64,000 bases of DNA, taken from the NCBI RefSeq assembly GCF_009914755.1, contig NC_060932.1; one strand, 5' to 3'. The translations under genes were made by a program, and so were the position numbers. How positions within the stretch are numbered: the stretch's first letter is position 1; every line of letters starts with the position of its first letter. The stretch is from the human T2T-CHM13v2.0 reference genome, Homo sapiens. Under the pieces are notes generated by a model. The model was not told the DNA's origin. It ran no database searches and saw only the letters and a program-made list of their open reading frames with translations. Shown here in pieces: positions 1-19,313 of this stretch.

Positions 1-1
1 A

Positions 2-317
<316 letters not shown>

Positions 318-2769
318 CCTTTAAAGTTTCATAAGGGAAAATAAACCAATGCCCCTGCCAGAGATTATTATCAACAATCATTTGCTCCGACTGGCAGTCC
401 TTTAAAAAAAAATACGAAGAACTGAAATATGGAAAACTTTAAACCAAGTAGCTGAAAAGATTCACCTTGAGCTCCAAAGGAAAAAGTCATGGAGAAGAGA
501 TTTGTTTTGTAGAGCCTGATAGAAATGTTGTACGTGGTGGTAGGAGCTGTGGACATGGTGTATTTGCAGTGATATGGCTGAATAGAAATGACCCTGTAAT
601 GACAAAGGACAGGAACCAGGTTGGCATACCCAGTATCATGCACATGCAGTACTTAACAAATGCTACTTGTTTGTTCTATAGTACAAACTGAGCAGTATGT
701 GAAAATAGTCTGGAGACATTGGCTGGAGTGGAGAAGGGCAGCTTGGGAGTAGATGCCCTCTTAAATCTTGCCCAACATGTAAACTGCCATAATTCTTCTC
801 CAGGTTTCTGCACTTTAACTTGAATTTCCTAAGTGTTCTATTTTATATAAGAGTACCATATCCTTTTATAGACAACATATATAACAATCTCAACTTCTGT
901 ATAATAGCTATGAGAAGGAGGAAGGTAAAAAGAAAGGAAAGAGGCAGTGATTTATACGGGTCTGGCCAATATCAGGGCATTGGCACGCAGGAACAGCTTT
1001 AAACTAAAAGTGATAACTAGTTACCTGCAAACATGAAAAGGGAATTTTCAAAATCGAGAGGAATTATTATAAAGAAGAATAAAAAGAACCAGAACATATT
1101 TCTCCTCTGTAATATGAGCTTTCCATTTTAGGGTCGGTGTCAGCTATTTAAGCAGCTGAATTGGAGGTTTAGGTCACATGGGGAGGAAGAAAGTATAACT
1201 CTCTATAGCACTCTCAGACATATTTTTAAAGCCTTCAAATGTAAAGCTAAAAAGTAGAACTTCTTTTGCAATGAGTATTAACGTATTTTGGTCATAAGCC
1301 TCTTATGTGTATGTCATTTCTCATTACATCCCAGAATTTGTTCTGTTTTCCTAACTAACTAAATAAATAAACACCTTGCTGCCTTGCATCTCTAATGCAG
1401 GTCTATGCCAGGGCCAGTCCAGAAGCAGTTTGGACAGAAGTCAGCATGGTTAGAGGACAGATGGGGACTGATGAGGGGAGCAGGAGGCACTGGAAGAAGG
1501 CACAAGATTTACCCTGGTCAAAAGTTCCAGTGGCAGTTACAATAGAAATAGGTCATGTGGGCAAATTTGGGGCCGAAAAAAGATTTAAAATTGGGTGTCA
1601 TGAATTCAACTGGCAAGAGGTACAAAGTTTCCCATAACTTTCCATCTCAGCCTCCTGAGATCTGGTACTAGGTGGTGGGTGTCACCAATAATAACTTGAG
1701 AATTGAGAAGTACATATTCTCGCTTCACTCGTTTTCATGCCTATTTTTGGACATCCACCATGAACCAGGGAGTGAGCTGGGCTCCAGACCGGAGTGTGTT
1801 CCTAGCATCCCAAGCTGCACTCCTAGAGCATTCTCTTTTGGAACCATTCATTACACATGCCGGTTGGTTTCCATTCATTTCAAGGAGGATGGATTGAGGA
1901 CCTTCTGTAGAAAGCACCACCCTGGGTAATGAGCATACGGAGATGTTGAAGGCAATGTCACCGACTCTGACGTCACAGTCTAGTGGGTGAAATGGGCATG
2001 TAGATCCATGATTTTGATCCAGTTGTAATTGCTGTGGAGAATACACGCGTCAGTAACCGTGGAAGCACCGAGGGATGGCACCTGGCCAGGGAAGTCTTTC
2101 TGGAAAACATGGTAACTGGAGTTTAGTTATGCAGCAGAATTTTTACTGGCAGCATGCTAGGCAGAAACATGGTCAAGTGTGATCATTTCTCTATGCTCAG
2201 GGGATGAGGGGTAGAGGCTGGAATGCAAAGAGAGGGTGGTAGGAAAAGAAGCATTACAGGGAAGATGATGAGCTTGGGGAGGGGGGCAGCAGTATGCCTT
2301 GTAGTGGTACCAGTGATCTACAGTCGCATTGTGAATGAATCCATACTTGTGTGGGCTGCTTTGTAAATACATCTACCAGTTATATTGTATGTGTTGGCTA
2401 AGTATGTTTCTAATTTAAGGAAATCTTTCAAAATGCGAATTGTATGTAAAATATAGCTAATTGTAGATAATCTTTTTTTTTCTAGCTGATAAATTTCTGA
2501 ATATACTGAACACTTCTATAACCATGATGTTTCCTGTGCAGCACCCCATAAGTAAACATCCATTAAAATAGAAGGGGTTACAAGTAGATAAAGTGTTCTG
2601 AACTTCTGGGTGGGGGGGCCACATACCCCTTTGTGATTCTGATGAAAGGTGTGGACTGTGTCCTCAGAAAAATGCATATGTACTTGTCCACCCAATTTTA
2701 TATGATTTTAGGAAATCATATGGAATATGGGTAGAAACCCTGCTTTAGAATGAACACTAAACCATGAGA

Positions 2770-3015
2770 GGGGCAGAATAGCAGAATGTTAAAATCATAA
2801 GTTCTGGAAGCCAATTGCCAAGTTCAAATTTCAGGTCTAACACTTATTAACTATATAACTAGGAACAAGTTATGAATGGATTTGTACCTCAATTAACTTA
2901 CCTATAAAGTAGGAATAATAATGTTGTCTCTCAAGGTCTGTGAGGATTAAATTGGCACAAATAAAACCCTTATAATGGTGCTTATAACATAAGAGCTCAG
3001 TAAATGTTAAGTACT
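2770..3015. mobile_element. MIR SINE remnant (approximate boundaries)
   Basis: Degenerate MIR core-like motifs (GTTCAAAT..., GTACCTCAATT...CTATAAAGTAGGAATAATA, GTGAGGATTAAAT, CTCAGTAAATGTTA). Confidence 0.6.
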
Positions 3016-6000
3016 ATTTCTGCTATCACCATTAGCTTCAACTTCTTACTCTAACTCTACAAGCCAGACTGGAAGACAAATATTTTTTTGCTTTTCCTCT
3101 ATGTTTGCTGGGTGTTCATTCTCACTGCAGTAGAATAATGAATTATCCAATATATAGATAATAGAATTAGAAGGAGGGAGCTTAATACGGAAAGTTCTAA
3201 ATAGTGTTTTCCCTTATGGGTAGTTTAGCCAGCCTTTATCCTTTCAAATTCACTTACCTTTTCCTGTTCTCATTCCAAACATTAATTGAAAATAGGTCAC
3301 AGTAGAAATTAGCCGGTTTACTTTGTGGGTATACTAAGATGGAGGTGTCAAATTGGTTTGAAAAAATTTTTAGCTGTCAGAGGGTATGTTTAAAAGCAGG
3401 TAATTAGGAAATAAGTGACATTTGAAAAGAAAAAGGGCATTTGCAAAAGGAACCCTTTGGGAACATAAGACCGTCCAAACAGGGGATGAGTTAAGAATCT
3501 GTAATTCATGCACCCAGAATTGCAAGAGTTGCTACTTGCTCAAGAGCATGTTTTCCCGTGGGACTATGTATTTTTCCCATTCCACAGTTTCTAGTGAAAA
3601 CATGTCTTCACATCAAACCCTGAGGATTCAGTTTAGTGTGATTTGTGGATAAATACTTCCGTGGTTTTCTTATGGTAGGGTTTCAGCCAAGTCATACCTT
3701 TCTGGTCTGCAGAGACCAAGCAAACATAACAAACATGTGTTAAACCAGAAAGAAGATCAGTTGTTTTAGGAATGTGTAGCAATTTAATAACTGCAACTCA
3801 GAATATATTTGAGTACTTCTGGTATGTACCCAGTACACCTAAAGTTGGGTTAAGAAGATAAAAGGTGACTGAGTCACCGGGAGATGCTGATACCTACTCC
3901 TAGGAGGTTTTTACCTTTGTATTGCCTGGAAGCAAAGGTAGTCTTTTTGTTAGAGCTTGAGGTTTGACGTCATAAGCACTGACTTAGTTTCTTAAAGAAA
4001 TTTCAAATTGAGGTGCATTTGGCTATTTTATACATAATTATTGGATTTTTTAGAACACTAGAAAGCAGTGGAAGGCAGTGGCAGGGAAGGGGTCAGAATA
4101 TGGATTCAGATCCAAGACGATGAGAATAACGTGGGCGAAACATATAATAGTTCCGAATACCTTTCTTCACAGTGTGTACTCTGCAGTTGCTACTGTATTT
4201 ATCATCTGTTCTCTGTCAGATTTAACCATTTTTGTGTTCTGCTTTTTACTTCTAAAAATATGGCCACCTCCAGAGTCGTCTCTACTGAACAGGAATGCTG
4301 ATAATTACACCGTTTTGCAAACACTCTAAGCTCACTAATGCCCGGAATTAGAGGAAGTGAATATACTGAGCATTGGTCATCTCAATTTTTTAAGTTCAGT
4401 TTTTTAACTTAAAAAAACTGGAGCCAAGTTTAAGTTGGAGCCAAGTTGGGAAGCTCAAGAAGAAAAGTAGCTTTTGTCAAAAGGAAATCACAAAGTAGGG
4501 AATAATAACTGTGTCAAGGCCAGAGTGATCCATACACCACTATGACAGTCTCAAAATGAGGATGGTGGCCCTCCAAAGTGGGCTCAATTATGTTCTCTGG
4601 CCCATCCTCTCTCTTCCAAAGCGAGCCTGGATTTCACAGAATCTCAGCTCTAGGGATGTATCATATGTATTTACTTGAGTGAGAGAGAGGGGGCATTCCT
4701 ACACTCCTTCCCTCTCCCCTTTCCATGCAGCACATACCCCACAAGTGAGGAGGTGAATCTGACTCCTGTTCATGCAGCATTTAGTTTCCCTTCCAAGCCT
4801 TTGAGGTGTTTGAAGGGCTGTAATTTTGAGTACGATAAGAACGGTTAGTCTATACTGTTTTACAGTATAGCCTCTGCTGTCAAAGCCTTGGTCTGTCTTG
4901 AAAGCTTACTCTGAAGCCTGCCTCCCCTGCCTACCTTTCCAGATTCTTCCCATTATATTTCTTCTCTCCTCTCCCCTCTCCCCTCCCAGCCTCTCAGAAC
5001 ACACTGTGTTGAGCTCTTTTTATAGCACCCACCGCAATCTGCTCCTGAATCAGTTTAATAGTGTCTATTTCTTCCTTATTTCAAGCTCCTGGAGATGGAA
5101 CCTTGCCTTTTTTGTTTTTTCTTGAGTGTTCTTCTATAGTACCTAGCAGTAGGTTCGGGGCTGGCCTGTTTGAGGTCCAGTCTGGGTTTAGTAAATGCTG
5201 TGTTGAATTCCAAAGGATCATATAGCCTCCTCTTTAGAGGTGTGAATGTATCATCATCCCTAACTCATTATGTTTATCTATTTGGCTCTGCCTGTCCCTA
5301 ACAAACAGTGGCCAATTGCTTTTTATTATCCTTTATATTTGCACATAGGTTCTCAGGAAATAACTCAGAAGAGATACTTAATGTATATTTCTTAAACTGT
5401 ATTTAAAGTTATGTAGGTTATTCTTTGTGGGAGAGTAAGAAAAGACTACCAGAAAGAAGAAAGTGGAAAAAAAGGAAAGATTGATCCACTGAAGACATAC
5501 TTATATCGCCTTCAGATATTTATTTAATAGTATGTAAAGGTAAATAATATTAGGAACAAGTTTTTTCTTTTATAGGCACTGATAAGGTGGTGGTTAAATG
5601 TTTAAGATGCACTGATATTCATTAGATTTATTTCATAACACTTTCTGGATCAATTGTTAATTTTTTATTTGACTTTAGGAGTTGAGGTATACACCACAAC
5701 TGTACATTTTTTTAGACTGGTGATTTGATTATCATTGATCAAGTGATCATTTATGCTTTCAAAAATGTTTCTTCAAAGTAGTAACAAATTATATGATTGG
5801 GCCTTTTCTTGAAGCTTGAATTAAAACTTGTGTTTTTAACTTTCAGTGACTTGTGGAGTAATTTGGATATCTAGATACTGAAATGCAATGTACAGATGAG
5901 TATTGATTTTTAATATTTGGAGCTCCAACTGTTCTCACATGAGCACTAGCTTGTTTACTAAGCAAATAATTTAAGAGCGTGCTCTATCACTCTCCCTGGG

Positions 6001-6001
6001 T

Positions 6002-6060
<59 letters not shown>
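6001..6060. repeat. Compound microsatellite (TG)13 followed by ~(AG)17 with one AC interruption
   Basis: Directly visible. Confidence 0.97.
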
Positions 6061-6061
<1 letters not shown>

Positions 6062-6449
6062 TTGATTCTCACTTGCTTGAGGTGTCTTCAGGGCAGGTAT
6101 GTAGCCTAAGGTTTTGTGCTGCCAAATCTAGCATAGTACCTGACTGATGGTTAGGAAAGGATTACTGTGTAGATTAATAAATGGCTTGGGATGCAGAGAC
6201 ATATAAAGCAGTATGCTGCCAAGAAGGCCTGGTAGTGCAGATGGAGAGCCAAAGGGATTTAATTACAGTGTATCTCACTGATGTAACAAAGCCCAGTAGG
6301 GAGGTTGCCCAGAGGAGGGAGGCATAACTGAGCAGGGGTGGATCTCAGGAAAAATGTTGTAAATGATGTGCTCAAGATTAGATGTGAGTGGGAGAATCTC
6401 AAGTACACATAGGGAGGGAATGACATTCACGGCATGCAAGTAACAGGCC

Positions 6450-7460
6450 ACTCTGATGTGAAAGATCTTTGTCTTGGAACTGTGGATTTTTTTTCTCCCC
6501 CTAATACAAAATGTGAGGGGCATAGTGGCAAGAGACAAGGATGAAAAAGACATGTCAGATCACAAATGGCTTGGAATGCCAGGCATGGTAGTATGGAGGA
6601 GACCAATGGTGATAGATGCATAAAACTCATCTTCACACCATTTCTCCTGCGGTGTTCTCTCAAGCCTAGAGGCCCATTCCAGAAATCTGGGTATTTTCCT
6701 TATCTGTCCTTTTTCTGTTGTGTCCCACATCTGATCAGTTACCAACTATTATCATGTCTACTTCTAAATTTCACTCTAATCCATTCCTTTCTCTCTGTCC
6801 TCAGTGTTCTGATTCTTACACTCTGTTGGTCTAACAGTCTCCTGTGTTACCCAATGTTTGTGAAATCTCTGTGTTGATAGAGCTGAGAAACACAGAGATG
6901 TGCTGCCTCACCATCCACCCTTTCCTCCCCAGTCCATTCTCACATTCTAGCCAGAGAGAAATTTCTAAAGGCAAATCTTGACCATGCTAGTTTCTGCTCA
7001 AGATGATCTTGGCTTTGTCATCGCCCTTAGGTGAAGTTCAGTTCCTTGGCCCGAGCTTCAGCACCTCCTCGCTCAGTCTCCAGTACAGTTCTCTCCGTTC
7101 CCCACCAGCACATGCCCCTCCTGTCTTGCTGAGCTTTGTTCTTCACCTATGCGGGGCTACTCTCAGCTCCTGCCATGGAACCCCCCTTTCCTCCCTCTGC
7201 TTTACCCCATAGCCCTGTGCTTTGGATTGTTGCTTCTAGGAAGTATTTTCAAATCTGGATTTATAGCCCTTGCTGTGTGGACCTGCAGTGCCCAGTATTT
7301 GCCCAATTGTGACATTTATGAAGCAGCTTTTTAATCGCTTGCTTACTTGTCTCTTTCCTCTAATAGACTGTGAGTTCTGTGGTGACAGAAACCAAGTGTA
7401 ACCTGTTTACCATTTGATTCCCAGCACCTGGCATAGTGCCTGAAATGTAGTAGGTATTTA
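6450..7460. mobile_element. L2 LINE fragments (approximate boundaries)
   Basis: L2-like motifs such as CCATTCTCACATTCTAGCCAGAG, TAGACTGTGAGTTC and CCCAGCACCTGGCATAGTGCCTG. Confidence 0.5.
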
Positions 7461-8016
7461 TTGATACTTAGATCCATAGATATGTGAAGTACTTATTCCT
7501 ATGTCGAACACATAATACTCAATAAATGATGGTAGTTTTTATTGTTTACCGCCATATACAACAGCTGCAACTATTATTCTATCCATTTTTTTTACTAACT
7601 CTCTAAGAAGCAATGAGATCAAAAGCTGGTTTATAGTGATGTGAAGAGCAACTTCAAGGAGAGGAATTGGAGACCAAGCAAAGATGAATTTGTTAAAATG
7701 GTTGACTGAAAAAATACCTTCATTGAAAAGGTGGTAGTCAGAGAATCAGTAAAGTCAAAGGAAGGTATTTGTCAATGATGAAGGAATACTGGACATGTAC
7801 ATGGGTTGAAGAAGCGAGTCCAACCTGAAGATACAGGTGTGGAGTTGGATCAGTTCTCCAAGCAGGAGGATTGATCTTGCACCTGAGGAAAGAAGGCATC
7901 TTACATAATAAGGGGAAAATCGAAGGGATGGGGTTGCTGGAATATGTGCAGGGGTCTGGGAGGAAAATGAAGGCAATGCTGAGGGTAATACAAGCATGTT
8001 TAATTCTGTTGTGTGA

Positions 8017-8391
<375 letters not shown>

Positions 8392-8723
8392 TGATGGACA
8401 ACAGGGCCCCAGTTTGCGAAATCTCTGTGTTGATAGAGCTGAGAAATAATTGTTACTCCTACAACTTAGATAACTCTTACTCAAAAACTGTTTCATTTCA
8501 TACAGCAAATGAATTGCATTACAATTATCAAACAATTGAACAAATGCCTTTGGGAACTAAACATTGTCGCATCTTGAAATTTTCCATTAATTTCTGCCCC
8601 AGATATTTAAATATGTATTTTTTTTTCAGAAAACAAATACTTAGAAAAGGGCATGTTTCATATTGATAATAAACGTCTGTCCCAAATTAAAAAGAATTGG
8701 TGAGTTTTTAAAAATGAATTTGT

Positions 8724-9323
<600 letters not shown>

Positions 9324-11009
9324 TTTGCAATCAACACAATTTTTAAAATTATGACACCATTAAATTAGATCAACTTTTTGTTTAGTATATAGAGCTTGTC
9401 TTTCATGCTTGCAGCCATTTATTCTCTAAGACTGTTTTAGAATGACTCAGAGGATCACAGTGCTTCAGGGAAGTTCAGGAAGAACCCCCATTAGGTTATG
9501 ATCATACTTTGGTGTTTAGAAGCTTACATCAGACCTTCAGTCAGGCTTTATATATATTCCTTTCAAGTATAACAGCATGTTATTCCACAGCTTTAGTGCA
9601 GATGTTAAATATCTGTTCTTGTTTTATTTATAGGGCATAAGAGGAACTGTAATCCTAAATGTTATTAGTGGTGAAGTGTAGGGAATGTGGCTGGCCTTTA
9701 AGCCAGCCCTGGGGCAAATGGCATAGCTTAGTATAAAGCTAAGAAGGAAGTGGAGTACCGTGGTTACAGTCCTGCATGGGCTTTGAGCATAGATCTGGTT
9801 TGCTTAGTAGCTGTGTAGCCTCGGGCACAATTATTAACCTCTCTCGATTTTAGTTTCTTCCTCTGTAAAATGAGAATAATATATTTGGTATTGAGTACAG
9901 TCATTCATGTCCTTATTAATTTATTTGTTTTCCCAAGTTTGCATTTCCCACCCATTTGTAGCATTATATCTGATGTTCAGAAAATTAAATGTTAAGCGTT
10001 TCTGTTGTTTTAATTGTGCTACTCTATGAAAGTGACAGCTGAAATTGGAAATCTTTGTTTCATAGGTCAGCTGCAAAGGTTACCTGTGGTCTTTTAGCTG
10101 GAGTAGTCTTTTAGCTCAGTAGCTGTTACTGAGGCAAAAGATGGTAATAGCAATGCACAGCGTTGATTGTATGGTAGGCATGCTTTCTAAGAGCCAAATC
10201 TTGTCTTCAAGGAATTTATGAAATGTTTTCCCTATTTCGAAAGGGCTTCTCTTTTTTTCTTCTTTTGTGTGTGGGTCTTTTTTTTATTATTATTATTCAG
10301 TCATTTTTTATTGCATGGCTTGCTTTTGATAGGTTTGGTAACATATTTTGTACACTCTCCCAGGAAAACTTTTTAGCCATGTATATAATGGAATTGTCAC
10401 AAGTTGGTAACAATTTTTAATTGTTGCATTCTGGAACTGTCAGACATTAATGGCTCAAAAATAGTTGTTTTCTCCTGTGATAATAGTTTACCACTTTAGA
10501 CCATACTTGAAGGAAGCAAGAATGCATTTTGATAAAGAACTTATTTTCTAGATGTATTTGTTGTAGGATATTGAGTTTACTATTTCTTCTGGGTTTTATT
10601 GACTAAGAAAATTACATTCATGATAGATAGCTTCAGCAGTTTTTCCTGAGCTTTCTAGCTTTTATATAAATAGTGAAATAAAAATATACTATCTAATAAC
10701 AGATATAAAGTACTAAATACTTGCCTCATTCTATTCTGGGAAAATAAGGAGATTTTGGTTTTGAAACAGCTTTTCTGTATTTTTTTTCTGGAGAGGAAAA
10801 AATACCATTTTTGTGGAACTTTAAACAGAAGATTCTAAATTTATATAGTCCCCTTTGTAGGGGAAGGGTACTAAGGAAAGATACATTTTAGAAAAATAGA
10901 GCTATTTAAAAATCCTATGCAATTAAACATGTTTCCCTTTATTCCCCCAAAGTATAACTGGCACACATTTGATCATTTGCCTATTATGGACATCACTTAA
11001 TATATTGGT

Positions 11010-11330
11010 TTTTTTAAGATTTTTTTTATTTCAATAGCTTTTAGGGTACATGTGGTTTTTTATTACATGAATGAATTGCATAGTGGTGAAATCTGAGATG
11101 TTAGTGTAACAGCCCCCCGAGTAGTATACATTGTACCCAACATGTAGTTTTTTTATCCCTCCTTCTCCTCTCCCCACCCACTCCTGAGTCTCCAATGTCC
11201 ATTATACCACTCTGTATGCCTTTGCATGCCCATGGCTTGGTTCCCACTTACAACTGAGAACATACAATATTTGGTTTTCAAATAATAAGTGAGTTACTTC
11301 ATTTAGAATAACGGCCTCCAGCTCCATCCA
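11010..11330 (-). mobile_element. Older L1 3'-end fragment (L1PB-like)
   Basis: T-rich tail followed by antisense L1 3'UTR-like sequence (CCCACTTACAACTGAGAACATAC, GGCCTCCAGCTCCATCCA). Confidence 0.75.
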
Positions 11331-11603
11331 CTGCTTAGTATCTTACATTTTGTCAGCTATATTTTCTGGCCCCATATTCATTTGCTTATTTGACCTTAAT
11401 GACAATTCTTTATGGGTGATAAGTATTCTTGTTCTCATTTTTACAAATGAGAAAACTGAGGTTCAAAGTGGTTGTCATCCATTTTTCTTGCTGCTGTTAA
11501 TGTAAACGAGGATCCCCCTATAGACGATGCAGCTTTTTTTTTTAAGATTAACTTTGTAGAGTTTTACTACATAAACTTGCAGATAGTATTTTCTCACTCC
11601 AAC

Positions 11604-12884
11604 TTTTTTTATACTTTAGGTTTTAGGGTACATGTGCACAACGTGCAGGTTAGTTACATATGTATACATGTGCCAGGTTGGTGTGCTGCACCCATTAACT
11701 CATCATTTAACATCAGGTATATCTCCTAATGCTATCCCTCCCCACTCCCCCCACCCCACAACAGGCCCCGGTGTGTGATGTTCCCCTTCCTGTGTCCATG
11801 TGTTCTCATTGTTCAATTCCCATCTATGAGTGAGAACATGCAGTGTTTGTTTGGTTTTTTGTCCTTGTGATAGTTTGCTGAGAATGATGGTTTCCAGCTT
11901 CATCCATGTCCATGCAAAGGACATGAACTCATTTTTTATGGCTGCATAGTATTCCATGGTGTATATGTGCCACATTTTCTTAATCCAGCCTCATTGTTGG
12001 ACATTTCGGTTGGTTCCAAGTCTTTGCTATTGTGAATAGTGCCGCAATAAACATACGTGTGCATGTGTCTTTATAGCAGCATGTTTTATAATCCTTTGGG
12101 TATATACCCAGTAATGGGATGGCTGGGTCAAATGGTATTCCTAGTTCTAGATCCCTGAGGAATCGCCACACTGACTTCCACAATGGTTGAACTAGTTTAC
12201 ATTCCCACCAACAGTGTAAAAGTGTTCCTATTTCTCCACATCCTCTCCAGCACCTGTTGTTTCCTGACTTTTTAATGATTGCCATTCTAACTGGTGTGAG
12301 ATGGTATCTCATTGTGGTTTTGATTTGCATTTCTCTGATGGTCAGTGATGGTGAGCATTTTTTCATGTGTCTGTTGGCTGCATAAATGTCTTCTTTTGAG
12401 AAGTGTCTGTTCATATCCTTCACCCACTTTTTGATGGGGTTGTTTTTTTCTTGTGAATTTGTTTGAGTTCATTGTAGATTCTGGATGTTAGCCCTTTGTC
12501 AGATGAGTAGATTGCAAAAATTTTCTCCCATTCTGTAAAAAATTTTCTCCCATTCTGTAGGTTGCCTGTTCACTCTGATGGTAGTTTCTTTTGCTGTGCA
12601 GAAGCTTTTTAGTTTAATTAGATCCCATTTGTCAATTTTGGCTTGTGTTGCCATTGCTTTTGGTGTTTTAGACATGAAGTCCTTGCCCATGCCTATGTCC
12701 TGAATGGTATTGCCTAGGTTTTCTTCTAGGGTTTTTATGGTTTTAGGTCTAACATTTAAGTCTTCAATCCATCTTGAATTAATTTTTGTATAAGGTGTAA
12801 GGAAGGGATCCAGTTTCAGCTTTCTACTTATGGCTAGCCAGTTTTCCCAGAACCATTTATTCAATAGGGAATCCTTTCCCCCCC
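11604..12884 (-). mobile_element. 5'-truncated L1PA element (ORF2 C-terminal region plus 3'UTR), antisense to MAL2
   Basis: Minus-strand ORFs translate to the L1 ORF2 C-terminus ([26 protein letters not shown]); L1 3'UTR and short A tail; internal 22-bp tandem duplication at 12516-12559. Confidence 0.97.
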
Positions 12885-13160
12885 TTTTTTTTTTTAACTA
12901 GTAGATGGAAGTTTGACCCTGAAACGAAGAGCAAACATGGGCTTAAGACAAGAATGTGAGATATAGTCACTTGCGGGCGGGGGGTGGGGTGGAAGCTATG
13001 CCTGAGGCTGAGGTTGCCCAGGGAAAAGGCAAACACATAGTGGGCAGTGCTCTGGGGTGTGTGAGCATTGATAAGATGGGTGAAACAGCAAGAGCACATG
13101 AAGGCAATTAAGAAAGAGGCTGGGTTCATCTGCTAATAAGTGGAGGCCAGGGGCCTAGGG

Positions 13161-13346
13161 CAGAGATTTACAAATGGTGGTCCTGGCCAGAAGAGCAGCA
13201 GCATCTGGAAACGTGTCAGAAATGGACATTATCAGGTTCCACCCTGACCTGCTAAGTCAGAAACTCTGGGAGTAGGACTCAGCTGTCTTGTGTTTAAACA
13301 AGCTCTCCAGGTGGTTCTGATGCAGGCTAACATTTGAGAACCACTG
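13161..13346. mobile_element. MER5A-like hAT-Charlie DNA transposon
   Basis: TCAGAAACTCTGGG...TTTAAACAAGCTCTCCAGGTGGTTCTGATGCA...TTTGAGAACCACTG terminus. Confidence 0.8.
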
Positions 13347-13684
13347 ACTTAGCAGAAATGATCTGGGCTGTCAAATGCAATGAGTGAGGCTTGTGGAAGA
13401 CCTTCTTAACACACATCCCACACCTGGCACAAATTGGAATAGTACACTCAGGATGGCCAAATACAAATATAGGTACAGTCCACCAGGGGTTGGGAATAGT
13501 TACTGAGTAGTTGGCCCTATACTAGGCCCTGGGAATACAATTGTGAAAAAAGACAGATCTAGCAGTTGCTGTCAAAGAGTTTGTTGTAGTAGACAATGTA
13601 AGTAAATTGTTACAAAATTAATGCATTAATTAATGTTATGTTAGTAGCCAAAAAGGAAAAGCCTAGCATGCCAAAACAACATAT

Positions 13685-16920
<3,236 letters not shown>

Positions 16921-17402
16921 TTGCTTGTGGGCAGAATCCTTTCTGGCAGAGACAATACCATGTGTAAAGAGTAGCATCCTTGAGCTATAAAATGCTTCCT
17001 AGGGACCAAAATGAGGTGAATGTGGGTGACATTGAAAAAGGTATGTAATGGTAGAGAAATTAAGGGATCAGATCACACGAAGAGTTGCAGGTCCTGTCAC
17101 CAAATCTCTTTATTTAAAGATAAACTATTTCTGATGATTCACCTCAGTAAGTTAAATGAGTGCCTAATGATCTCAGACAAATTTTCTCTTAATTTTTCTT
17201 ACTAAGATCTAGCATCATTTCATTTAGCCATTAAAAATGGTGACATTTGAATTTGGGGTTTGACCTTCATCAGCTAATATTTGTTGAATAACCACATGTA
17301 TTTGAGCATCTCTCCTACAAACGTGTGGCCAGTATGTAACACTTTTCTTAAATCTTTTGAAGGCATTTGTGAATCAGTTTACAAATGAGAGTTATTTAAT
17401 AG

Positions 17403-17785
<383 letters not shown>

Positions 17786-17924
17786 AGATATGAGAACAAT
17801 TTCTATAAACAGTATGATTTGCTGTATGGGCATTTACAAAAGCAGTGCAATGCTCTCCTTTGTAATATTGCTATAACGGTAATAGAAATCAATAATAGGT
17901 TTGATAGGAAAGAACGTAGACTTC

Positions 17925-18690
17925 AAAGGGAACCCTTGCACACTGTTGGTAGGAATGTAAATTAGTGCAGTCATTATAGAGAACAGTGTGGAAGTTCCTC
18001 AAAAAGTTAAAAATAGAACTACCATATGATCTAGCAATCCCACGCCTGGGTATATATCCAAAGGAAATGACATCAGTGAGATATCTGCATTCTCATTTTC
18101 AATACACCATTATTCAAAACGCCAAGACATGGAATCAACCTAAAGGCCAGTAGATGAATGGATAAAGAAAATGCAGTATATATTCACAATACTAATTGCC
18201 TTTAAAAAGGCAGAAATCCTGTCATTTGCAATATAGATGAACATTGTGTTATGTGAAATAAGCCAGGCACGGAAAGACCAATACCGCATGATCTCACTTA
18301 TATGTGAAATCTTGAACAGTTGAATTCACAGAAGTAGAGAATAGAATGGTGATTACCAGGGTATGGGGTGATGGGGGACTGGGGAAATGTTGGTCAAAGG
18401 ATACAGAATTTCAGTTAGGAGAAATGAGTTCAAGAGATCTATTGTACAGCATGGCAACTATAGTTAATAACAGTGTATTATATTCTTGAAAAATGCTAAA
18501 AAATATTTTAGATGTTCTCACCACAAAAAAAAGATAATTTTGGGAGGTTTTATATATTTTTTTATATATTTATGTATATATAAATTAGCTCCACTTAGCC
18601 ATCCCACAATGTATAAATATTCCACAATGTATAAATATTTAAAAACATGTACACGATAAATATGTATTTTTCTCAATTAAAATAATTTTT
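17925..18690 (+). mobile_element. L1MA-type 3' fragment
   Basis: ORF2 end and 3'UTR motifs (GGGAACCCTTGCACACTGTTGGTAGGAATGTAAATTAG, GTTCAAGAGATCTATTGTACAGCATGG). Confidence 0.85.
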
Positions 18691-19313
18691 TTTGAAAACT
18701 AAAGAAACTGGACTTTGGGACTAGACACACTACATGTTTTTCTTCCTCCAAAAGTTAATATTTGTCTGGCTTCAAACAGTCAACAGTCATTTAACTGAAA
18801 AGAAAGAAGAAATTCTTTGTAAAATGGAGATAATAAATGATGGTTATAAGGATGAGTAATAATGCACATAAGGTACCTGATATGTGGGAGCTATTAAAAA
18901 TAAACAGTGATGTGTTGATGGTATATTAATTCAGGTAAGACAATATGAACTGTAATAGTGTTATGCTTCACATGAATGTCAGCAACATACAAAGAAGCCT
19001 AATAAACGAGTTCTTATACTTTTGGTGGAAGTATATATGTTAGTAGTTTTTAATGAAATATATGAATATATGTTATTGAATTCTATTAGTCTTCTGTATC
19101 TTTCAGTGGAAAATCTCTAATGATAAAAATAACTGCTCAAAAATAAAATTACATAATGTGTATGAATACATATCATAACCATAATAAAAAGATGTTATTT
19201 AAATGCTATTTTACTTGAATTTTAAAGACAGCATATGTTATGGCTTTTTTATATTATCCTAATTAACATTGATCTCTATGGCATCTTAATCCAAATTAAA
19301 ATTACATATTATT

